The position numbers were made by a program, and so were the translations under genes. Of a stretch of 32,509 nt of DNA, positions 24,628 to 32,509 are shown piece after piece; position 1 is the stretch's first letter; the number at the start of each line of letters is the position of its first letter. The stretch is from contig JAQUZU010000005.1 in the NCBI GenBank assembly GCA_028691175.1, positions 1 to 32,509 on the forward strand, written 5' to 3'. The notes beneath the pieces were generated by a model. The model was given only the letters and a program-made list of their open reading frames with translations, made no database searches and was not told the origin of the DNA. The DNA is from Candidatus Kapaibacterium sp. (GTDB lineage Bacteria > Bacteroidota > Ignavibacteria > Kapaibacteriales > UBA2268).

Positions 24628-27600
24628 TTATTTAACTTTTACGATTTCCTTAGTTATAGATGAGTTACCAGCCATAATGTTCAGGTAGTAAGTACCGGAC
24701 GGTAAATCGTTGCCGTTAAGTTCTACAACATGAGAACCTGCAGCGAAGAATTGACCTGTGGTAAGAGTGCGAACAACTTCGCCTACTGCGTTGTACATTA
24801 CGATAGTTACGTCCATTCCTTCAGGTAATGTAAAGCTGACATTTGCATTTGCATAGAACGGGTTCGGAGTAGCAGAGAAGTTAGCAAGAGCGTCGTTATC
24901 TTCTACACTTACAGTACCGTTGATTTCAAATGTTTCAGTTCTGTCGTATTCGAGACCTTCTTGGCCGTCATAGATTGCTCTGATGACTGCTTCTTTAGTA
25001 TTTACGTTTGGCACGTTCCAAGAATAAGTCTTGTACATTGCTGCTACGCCTACTGCGAATGTTGACCAAGTCGAACCGTTATCGGCAGAGAATTGTAAGT
25101 CAAATTTATTTACATTATCGTAAGTCCATTTAACGTTTTCTTTCGAATTTGCAGCGACGCTTGATTTAGCAGTCGGAGTAGTTAATGTAACAACGCCTGC
25201 CAATACTTTGAATGCAGATGAAGTAACAACAACTTCGTCAGTCTGAACATCGATCATGCGAACGTAAGCGGATTTAGTATTTACAACCGGAAGAGTCCAG
25301 TCTGCTTTACCATCGCTTGCATTTACAACGCCTGTAACTGTAGTCCAGTCATAACCGTTTGCTGTGAATTCGAATCTTACGTTACCAGTGTAATCGTAGT
25401 TCCATTTAATTACGTCTGCTTTACCGCCTACATATACAGGATCAGTAGAGCAAGGACGAGTAATTTCTGCAGTTGCAGTGCTGAGAGCGAATGTAGCGTC
25501 TGAACGATCTACTTCTACGCCTGATTCAGCATTTACTATTCTAACGAATGCTTCTGTAGATTTTACTCTCGGAGTTACCCAGTTGTAGCTTAAGTCAGAG
25601 CTCATAACCGGAGTAGTTGTAATTCTGTTCCAAGTGTGTGCATTGTCTGTAGAGTAATCCAAGTGGAAGTATGCTTTCTGGCTTGGAGCAGACCAAGTGA
25701 TTGTATAGAGCGAACCTGCTTCGAGTTCTTCGCCGCCATTCGGATAAGTTACAGTAGCAACTTTATCGAGAACAACTGCCGGAATCGGCTCGAAAGTACC
25801 TTGAGCTGTTACATTTTGACCATTTGTAGTATATACTACAGTGATCGGGTGCCAGTTAAGGAAGATGCCTTCGTTCATATTTATAACTTTGAATCTTAAA
25901 GTACCCATGTAAGTAGCGCTATTAGGAACGTTTGCACCCGGTTTGCGTACTTGATCATAGATGTTATAATCGATATCGATTGTTCTTAGGTCTGTAATCG
26001 GGTCTTTAGCGTTTGCATATGGAGCCGAGAACGTTTCGAGATAACCGAGATCTTCTCTTTGATCAAAGATCACGTCTGCTTCTTTGCTCATTTCAACGAA
26101 TTGCAATTGAGCATTATCATATTGAATACCGAAAGTAGAGTTACCAAGAGCGAATTCGCCACCCAAGTTAGTAATGTACATAGGAACATTCAAATATTCT
26201 CCGTCGAGTTCAGGATTAGCATTTACTCTATAGTTCAAGCCTGCTTGAAGAGTTGCTTCTTTAGCTTCAGTTGTAGTAAAGTCTTCATTATTGATTACTT
26301 TTTGCTCGAGTTCGATATTGCGTTTGTAGAGTTCCGGAGCAAGAACCATAAGTTCGCTGTTATATTCCGGAGCAACTTTTCCGCTAACAGACGGAGTAGC
26401 AGTCAATGAAGAGATTTTACCTGAGTTACGATAAACGATTTGTCTATCAGATGCGTTTGTCAAACCGTCGCCGGTAACATCTGTATTAACGCTTGTACCA
26501 CCGTCATTTAAGATAACGAGAGTTCTATCTGCAGCATTGATTTGACCATCTTTTACTACATCACCACCAACCATTGCTGCAATTGAAGTAGCACCAGTAG
26601 TGCCTACTAAACCGTTGTTATAAACAAGTCCTGTAGCGGCATAATCAGTTAAGTTAGGATTAGTTTCAGAATAACCGTATGCAGAGTATTTGTCTGCGAT
26701 CGACGGCGGAACAGCCGCAGCGTCAGTTTCACTCATGTTATTATTTGCAGTACCATTCCAGTTTTGGAAATCCCAACCTGATTCAACTGCCCAAGTTTGT
26801 GCATCATCGCCATCATAAGCGAATGGAGCAGCAAATGCGGACATAATCGGCAAGTGGTTAATGTTATCAACTTTTACGAAATATCTACCGTCTGCGAGGT
26901 CTGTGAATACGAACGGAACGTTTGCGTATCTTGAACCATCAGTTCCACGAGTTATCGGATCGAGTGTAGTAGCATGTGCCAAATAGTTAAATTCTGATTC
27001 AGCAGAGTCAACTCTTACGCCCGGGAGGCCTGCATTATTGCGGAAGAGAGTAATCTTCAAGCCGCCTTCTGCATAAGAAGCACCGATGTCGTTTTTAATA
27101 GCCTGATCTTCGTGATGACCTTCGAGAAGTACTCTTACAGTGAAGTTACTTGGAGGAGTAATGTTGAAGTATTCAGTCATTGATTGCAATGAAGGCATAA
27201 GACCGTCTGCACTGTTATCATATTCAAGAGTAGTACCGTTGATAGTCGAGCGAGCATTCATTAACAATCTACCGTTAGTTTTAGCGGCTGCGATTGGAGC
27301 TTGATCGCTATAAGTGAAGTCATCATTTTCGTCAGGATCAGCCAAGGATACATCCAATTGTGCAGCGAATTGAGATTTGCTGTTTGCACCAAGGAATTCG
27401 AATCCGTTGTTAGAAGCCGGCAAAGTCATTGCGTTAGTATAAGCTGCAGACCAAGTCTGAGATGCTACATATTGCCAATCTTGGATAGTTGTACCACCGC
27501 CACCTTTTACAGAGAACTGCATGTCTGCATGGTTAGTTGCATCGCTACCATTATAGAATGTTTCAGTAGCGTCATTTCTGTTATAATCGAAACCTGTCCA

Positions 27601-30600
27601 GCGAACTTTAAGGTTAGTCATTGTATTAGGAACTCTTTGTTCGAGTACCGGTTCAACGAGTTTAATAGTCGGGCGAGTTGCTTCATAAGCATAACCATCG
27701 CCGCTCATATGTACTAAGAATTCAGTTGAAGTCGGATAACCCAATGCAGTACCAACATAACCTGTAGGAACGAAGTTACCACCGTTAAAGCTGAATGCAG
27801 CCAATAAGTTTGCAGCATAGTTTGTACCACCATAACTTACTAATTCGTTTGCACGGATTGTAGCTGCACCTTGAACAAATTTAGTCAAAGCAGAAGGTTC
27901 AACGCCTGACGGAGCCTGATTACCAGGATTTCCACCCCAGAATCTTACTTCTTTCATTTCACCAACGAAATGAACGCCTTCGCCTGCTACTGAACTTGGT
28001 TCGTAACCGAAGAATACCGGATAAGTATTATAAGGATCTACAGTAACGTTTGCGCCTAATTGAGTAGTAATTGTATCTACATATTGCGGAGTACCGTCGA
28101 TATAGAATCTTACAACCGAATTTTCGCCACCGTTTGCCAAATTAACATAAGCTGCTACATGATACCATGCAGAGTCAGATACTTGCAGTGTCGGAGGAAC
28201 CAATACCGGATGTGCTGCACTTGTTGCAGTGCGGATTGCGTCGCCGGTAGTTGATGCAACTGCTAATTGCAATTGACCTGTAGGTAATAAGCGGAGAGAA
28301 TAATGCATATTTTCGCTACCATCATCCATTTTCTTGGTAATGATCGGGAAATAACCTTCTTCTTCAGTCGGGAATCTGTACGGACGAACCCATGCTTCGA
28401 TCATACCGATACCGCCATTGAAGTTTAAGTCTGAAGTATTTTCTTTTACTGCTAATTTAGCATTACCGTCATTTTTGATTGAGAAGTAAGGAGCAACTGT
28501 GAAATCGCCGGATTCATCAAAGATATCGTATTGATTTCTTGCTTCTGTACCGCTGATTCTCAGACGAACTGTCTTCGAATAGTTGTCTGCGAGCGGAAGA
28601 ATACCCTGTAAATCGTCATCTTGACCGGATACAGTAGTATTGTTATAAGGAGCCCACTCTGCTTCATAGCTTTCTACATCTACGTAGTCAAGCATCTGAG
28701 CCGGAGATTGATTGTCGATTGCGTCGAACCAAGATTCGCCACCGTCGCGGCTAGCCATAATTTGAATGTCTGAAGAATTCGGTTCAGTCGAACCCAAGCC
28801 AAAAGATACCCAACGTACTTTAAATACTTCGTCTTTCAAGTTAGAGATACCTTCGCCGCCGACAGGTGCAGTCAATTTGATGTGCGAGCGGTCCGGGCGA
28901 TAATTAACGAGACTGTTATCGAGAGTACCGCAATTGTACCAGTTCAGCGGGTTAGCGCTCTTTTGGTAGTAATATTCATCAGCGATATCAAGGCGTCCAC
29001 CCTGTAACGGATAATAAAGTTCAAGAGTAGTTCTTTCATCAACTGTGGTAGGAGAAGAACCAAGAGCAGTAATGTCGCCATTTGCGTCATATACGCCGGC
29101 AATATTTTTTCTCAAAACGTCTTGGTCAAGAGCAGTTCTCCAAACCTTTACTTCTTTGATACCTGCATTGAGGTAATCACCTTCGTTTAAGCCACCATTA
29201 GGATTTACACCAATCCAGATCGGATGAGTAGTAGCCCATAATCTCGGACTTACAAGGTCGCTGTTAGTATATCTGTCTACGATTTCGCCATTTACATAAA
29301 GTGTAACAACGTTATCTTTTACAGATGCTGCGATATGATTCCAGTTATTGCCGTGTGCGTTTGAAATCGGAGTAGTAGCGGCAACTGCTGTTAATGCTGT
29401 CGGAGAGACAACATTTGCAAGTAAGTTTGCGCCGTTGTTTGTGTTTTCGCGGCAACGGAATGCCGGGTAAATACCGTCTTTCAAATAAAGCATCCAAGCA
29501 CCTTCGGAGCCGGAAAGAGTACCATCTGCGGAAACTACGATACCGGTTTCTGCGCCGGCAGTTTCAGTTAAACCGTTCAGGTTAATCCATGCTTCTACAG
29601 TCAATTGGCTAGGAGTAGAGAAGTTGTTTTGTGTTTTAAGATAAGAGCAAGTACCATCGAGTTGAACAAAGAATAGTCTGCCCAATACGAATGTAGCATT
29701 GCTTTCGTCTTTTCTGCCTGCTTCGTTTGTGTATTTGCTTCTTGTGCTAACGTTATTTGCCACGCCAACTGTATCGATTTGTACAATGCGGAGTTTGCCT
29801 TCTTCTGAACGTGCAAAGAAGTTTTCGTTACCCTTCCAGATAATTCTCATAACGCCGGAATTAGCACCTAATTTTGTAGTGCCGTCGCCTTCAGTAATGA
29901 AATATCTGTTAGCTGAGTTAAGACTGTCGATTTCGCCACTGCGATATTTATCTACCTCTGTGCCGAGTTCGGTCGAGTTTTTATCAGTTTCAGCTACACG
30001 GCCTGCTTCAGTCCAAGTAGAACCGTTATTCAAAGAATATTCAAGTGCATAACCAACTTTATTGGTTACATAATCTGCCGTTCCTATTAAACCACTACGC
30101 TCGAAATATACCGGATAACCGTTATTCGGAGAGAGGGAAGCAAGAGCGGGACTAGGATTTCTGTTTACTGCATTGCTGCCGCCATTCGGAGCAAGAATTG
30201 TAATGCCGCGAACCGTGAAATCGCCTTGATTTACAAAATTAACGTCTGCGGTAATGTCATTGCCGTCAGCGTCGTCAATTACGATTGTACCAATGCTGGC
30301 GTTTGTATTGAATTCAATACCGGTAAGCATTGCGTCAGTCAAAGTGCTGTAATTTTTAATGTCAAATTTTAACATACCGACGAATGAGCCGCGACCTACG
30401 TTTGAAGGTTTGTAGCCTACGCCATCGACTGTTTTATTTACATCGAGTACATAATAATATGTTGTTCCGTCATTTGCCGGAGCAGCCGAAAGAGCCAAAT
30501 AGCCATTGGCGTTTACGTTATGGAATGGGGATGCGATAGTAACATACGGTTGTGCAACGTCCATATCGTAGCCGATAGAATCAGTTGTGCCATACGCTGT

Positions 30601-30870
30601 TGTCCCCGACGGGGTCAAGAAATCCGTATTGTATTTCACTGCGAAAGTAGCGTTGCCCAGTTTCGGAGCGGTGCCGTCTGCAGTTACATCTTTTGCCCAT
30701 ATTTCTACGCCGATCTTATTGCCGATACGACGCTGGTTCATAGTTACTTCGTAACTCTGCGAGAAAGCGTCATCAGTCACGAGCATTAACCCCATAACGA
30801 ACCAGAAAATATTCAACCAAGATAGCCGGAAGGGCTTTGCTTGTCTATTTAGATAAGTTCTCATTATCAT
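24628..30870 (-). CDS. giant T9SS-sorted surface protein with cohesin-like, dockerin-like and LamG-like modules
   Basis: 2080 aa. Signal peptide (..LMLVTDDAFSQ) and internal modules (see findings). C-terminal NPFYANANVSFTLPEG..VTIVMYNAVGEVV..LPSGTYYLNIMAGNSSITKEIVKVK is a T9SS type-A sorting domain. SD spacing favours the second ATG (30864). Confidence 0.92.
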   Translation of the reverse strand: MIMRTYLNRQAKPFRLSWLNIFWFVMGLMLVTDDAFSQSYEVTMNQRRIGNKIGVEIWAKDVTADGTAPKLGNATFAVKYNTDFLTPSGTTAYGTTDSIGYDMDVAQPYVTIASPFHNVNANGYLALSAAPANDGTTYYYVLDVNKTVDGVGYKPSNVGRGSFVGMLKFDIKNYSTLTDAMLTGIEFNTNASIGTIVIDDADGNDITADVNFVNQGDFTVRGITILAPNGGSNAVNRNPSPALASLSPNNGYPVYFERSGLIGTADYVTNKVGYALEYSLNNGSTWTEAGRVAETDKNSTELGTEVDKYRSGEIDSLNSANRYFITEGDGTTKLGANSGVMRIIWKGNENFFARSEEGKLRIVQIDTVGVANNVSTRSKYTNEAGRKDESNATFVLGRLFFVQLDGTCSYLKTQNNFSTPSQLTVEAWINLNGLTETAGAETGIVVSADGTLSGSEGAWMLYLKDGIYPAFRCRENTNNGANLLANVVSPTALTAVAATTPISNAHGNNWNHIAASVKDNVVTLYVNGEIVDRYTNSDLVSPRLWATTHPIWIGVNPNGGLNEGDYLNAGIKEVKVWRTALDQDVLRKNIAGVYDANGDITALGSSPTTVDERTTLELYYPLQGGRLDIADEYYYQKSANPLNWYNCGTLDNSLVNYRPDRSHIKLTAPVGGEGISNLKDEVFKVRWVSFGLGSTEPNSSDIQIMASRDGGESWFDAIDNQSPAQMLDYVDVESYEAEWAPYNNTTVSGQDDDLQGILPLADNYSKTVRLRISGTEARNQYDIFDESGDFTVAPYFSIKNDGNAKLAVKENTSDLNFNGGIGMIEAWVRPYRFPTEEEGYFPIITKKMDDGSENMHYSLRLLPTGQLQLAVASTTGDAIRTATSAAHPVLVPPTLQVSDSAWYHVAAYVNLANGGENSVVRFYIDGTPQYVDTITTQLGANVTVDPYNTYPVFFGYEPSSVAGEGVHFVGEMKEVRFWGGNPGNQAPSGVEPSALTKFVQGAATIRANELVSYGGTNYAANLLAAFSFNGGNFVPTGYVGTALGYPTSTEFLVHMSGDGYAYEATRPTIKLVEPVLEQRVPNTMTNLKVRWTGFDYNRNDATETFYNGSDATNHADMQFSVKGGGGTTIQDWQYVASQTWSAAYTNAMTLPASNNGFEFLGANSKSQFAAQLDVSLADPDENDDFTYSDQAPIAAAKTNGRLLMNARSTINGTTLEYDNSADGLMPSLQSMTEYFNITPPSNFTVRVLLEGHHEDQAIKNDIGASYAEGGLKITLFRNNAGLPGVRVDSAESEFNYLAHATTLDPITRGTDGSRYANVPFVFTDLADGRYFVKVDNINHLPIMSAFAAPFAYDGDDAQTWAVESGWDFQNWNGTANNNMSETDAAAVPPSIADKYSAYGYSETNPNLTDYAATGLVYNNGLVGTTGATSIAAMVGGDVVKDGQINAADRTLVILNDGGTSVNTDVTGDGLTNASDRQIVYRNSGKISSLTATPSVSGKVAPEYNSELMVLAPELYKRNIELEQKVINNEDFTTTEAKEATLQAGLNYRVNANPELDGEYLNVPMYITNLGGEFALGNSTFGIQYDNAQLQFVEMSKEADVIFDQREDLGYLETFSAPYANAKDPITDLRTIDIDYNIYDQVRKPGANVPNSATYMGTLRFKVINMNEGIFLNWHPITVVYTTNGQNVTAQGTFEPIPAVVLDKVATVTYPNGGEELEAGSLYTITWSAPSQKAYFHLDYSTDNAHTWNRITTTPVMSSDLSYNWVTPRVKSTEAFVRIVNAESGVEVDRSDATFALSTATAEITRPCSTDPVYVGGKADVIKWNYDYTGNVRFEFTANGYDWTTVTGVVNASDGKADWTLPVVNTKSAYVRMIDVQTDEVVVTSSAFKVLAGVVTLTTPTAKSSVAANSKENVKWTYDNVNKFDLQFSADNGSTWSTFAVGVAAMYKTYSWNVPNVNTKEAVIRAIYDGQEGLEYDRTETFEINGTVSVEDNDALANFSATPNPFYANANVSFTLPEGMDVTIVMYNAVGEVVRTLTTGQFFAAGSHVVELNGNDLPSGTYYLNIMAGNSSITKEIVKVK

Positions 30871-31011
30871 TTCCTTTATTTGTTTTCTAAAATACTTTCT
30901 TTCATCGGAAATGTTCCGATTATTTTACATTATATAGTTATTAAATAATCTATCGGGCGAGAGGTACTCTGAGAGAATTTGAGCACCCCCCGATTCCGAT
31001 ACCATTTCCAA

Positions 31012-32509
31012 TTATGGAGTTACGCTAAATATTTCACTTGATTTAGTTCCTACCTTCAGAGTATAAGGCTCTGCAGATGAACTGCCGTCCGATGAGTAAA
31101 TTTTGAGTGTATAGGTACCGGCAGCGAGCCCATTAATTACCGGACCTTCACTACCTTGTCCTAAGCGGATACCGCGACGGATTCTCTTGCCTTCGGTATT
31201 GTAGATTTCTACATTGTAGCCGGCCGGTAAGTTGCTAAGTTGAGCACGAACATTCGGGTTTGCACTGCTTACGGAGAAGTTGAACCAATCTTCGTCTGTT
31301 GCATCTTTGATTGTACCTTTTACCGGTGTGTTAGTACCGATTGTACGGGAAGTCTCGCGAGTATTGTTTTCGCCAAACGCTACATCATCATCGTTGCTGC
31401 CACTGGTAGTAAATGCTTGTGGGTTTCCGCTTGCTGCAGAAAGTTTGTAGCTTTCTGTGCCGTTTGAACCTGCGAAAGCAAATGCATAAGCATAGTATGT
31501 CGTATTTGGAGACAAACTGCGAACTGTAGCAGCAGCAGTAGCACCTTTTGCAACAACAACGGCGTCGCCGATTTGCGAACCTGCGCCATAAAGTGCATCA
31601 GCTGTATATGTAGTACCATTTACCGGATATTCGGCTTTTGTCAATGGTTCGCCTGCTTTAAGGACGATAAGAGCAGTAGCTGCACTTGTTGTCCAAGCAA
31701 TATCGGCAGTTGTGTTTGCCGGAGTAATAGTAACAATTGTTGCCTGAGTAGCCGGAGCATCAGCAACCACGTTAAATGCTTTGCTTACTGTCGGTGTATA
31801 AACGTTAGCAGCGTCGTCATCAGCCTGAAGTTGGATATTTGCACCTGCTGCTGTACTTGCAGTAGCCGTAAGAGTAGTAAATGAACTTCCTGCAGTAATT
31901 ACGCCTTTAACAGGCTCATCAGTAATAGTGGTAGTAGCACCAAGTTTTTTAGTAAGTTCTACATTTACCGGAGTTTCAGTAGTAATCGGCTGACCAAATT
32001 GATCCTGCAATTGAACAGTTACCGTGAAAGGTCTGTTAAGCTGAACCGGATTCGGAGAAATGTTTGTAATTACTACGTTCTTTGCAGCGGTAGAAATTGC
32101 AGCATCGACTGCTGTATTAGCTGCGTCAGTATTATCATACTCTTGACTAATACTAAATACAGCCCAATCGCCTGCGAGAGCAGTAGAATTTGCTATTGAG
32201 TAATCATTAATAATCGCATCATTAGCACCGGATTTGCCATTTCTGTAATCTTTCCACGCATCGTTTTCCCATTTTGCTGCTATATTTCTTTTTGCAGTAC
32301 CTGTTGTGCCTACAGCAGTACCTGTTGCGAAAGTAGCATTCAAAGCGTCGTTCGGGTCGGTGCCGACAGGTTTAATCGTATAAACCAAATCGAGTGCATT
32401 TTCCGGATTGCCGGCTCTGCCTACTGTCGGCTCTGTTGCTTTTGCAGAAACTATTACTTCCTGAGTTGTGCCAGGAGTTTGGAAATTCAAAGTTACCGGA
32501 TTATAATCG
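31012..32509 (-). CDS. surface/secreted protein with Ig-like, FN3-like and PPC (pre-peptidase C-terminal) domains; partial, N-terminus beyond the right edge
   Basis: The frame stays open upstream of the track's TTG at 32490 (..DYNPVTLNFQ..), so the gene continues off-window. Ig-like block VVITNISPNPVQLNRPFTVTVQLQDQFGQPI. FN3-like block IVTITPANTTADIAWTT...NTTYYAYAFAF. PPC-like block DWFNFSVSS...YNVEIYNTEGK...GTYTLKIYSSDG..EPYTLKV. Confidence 0.85.
   Translation of the reverse strand, partial: DYNPVTLNFQTPGTTQEVIVSAKATEPTVGRAGNPENALDLVYTIKPVGTDPNDALNATFATGTAVGTTGTAKRNIAAKWENDAWKDYRNGKSGANDAIINDYSIANSTALAGDWAVFSISQEYDNTDAANTAVDAAISTAAKNVVITNISPNPVQLNRPFTVTVQLQDQFGQPITTETPVNVELTKKLGATTTITDEPVKGVITAGSSFTTLTATASTAAGANIQLQADDDAANVYTPTVSKAFNVVADAPATQATIVTITPANTTADIAWTTSAATALIVLKAGEPLTKAEYPVNGTTYTADALYGAGSQIGDAVVVAKGATAAATVRSLSPNTTYYAYAFAFAGSNGTESYKLSAASGNPQAFTTSGSNDDDVAFGENNTRETSRTIGTNTPVKGTIKDATDEDWFNFSVSSANPNVRAQLSNLPAGYNVEIYNTEGKRIRRGIRLGQGSEGPVINGLAAGTYTLKIYSSDGSSSAEPYTLKVGTKSSEIFSVTP

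Noticed and set aside
1-32509. A search by eye for CRISPR arrays, tRNA/rRNA genes, IS elements, integrases, toxin-antitoxin pairs or known defence-system genes.
   Set aside because: I saw no spaced direct repeats, no cloverleaf-like or rRNA-like segments, and no transposase, recombinase or nuclease-helicase signatures in any listed ORF. The intergenic regions are short and are accounted for by terminators and promoter-like motifs.

Overview
A 32.5-kb chromosomal window that reads like a member of the FCB superphylum (Bacteroidota/Ignavibacteriota-like). That placement is inferred from two T9SS type-A C-terminal sorting domains and recurrent TTTG-N19-20-TAnnTTTG promoter-like motifs; it cannot be proven without a database search. 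Positions 1-20.8 kb are mostly housekeeping: a partial GNAT-like ORF, glnS, transaldolase/FSA, purM, ferritin, tyrS, murC (not in a dcw context), an orphan HAMP histidine kinase, rpsA, a small outer-membrane beta-barrel protein, sufU plus a DUF59 protein, a vWA-OmpA-SPOR lipoprotein, a monocistronic CheB-like REC-methylesterase, and a complete Na+-pumping methylmalonyl-CoA decarboxylase operon in the order mmdADECB. Positions 20.9-32.5 kb are accessory and surface-oriented. They hold an AT-rich islet encoding a T9SS-sorted protein with a near-identical 156-bp tandem duplication behind a promoter-like region containing a T14 tract, then UDP-glucuronate decarboxylase, then a solitary gamma-class N6-adenine DNA methyltransferase boxed in by terminators. 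The window ends with a two-gene minus-strand surface module: a partial Ig/FN3/PPC protein followed by a 2080-aa T9SS cargo. That cargo carries two cohesin-like modules, a dockerin-like duplicated F-hand, two LamG-like modules and six copies of a ~90-aa module, with no recognisable catalytic domain. This cohesin/dockerin/T9SS scaffold is my best candidate for an undescribed system. I saw no rRNA, tRNA, CRISPR array, transposase or integrase. All domain calls were made by eye from motif memory; none was verified by HMM or BLAST.
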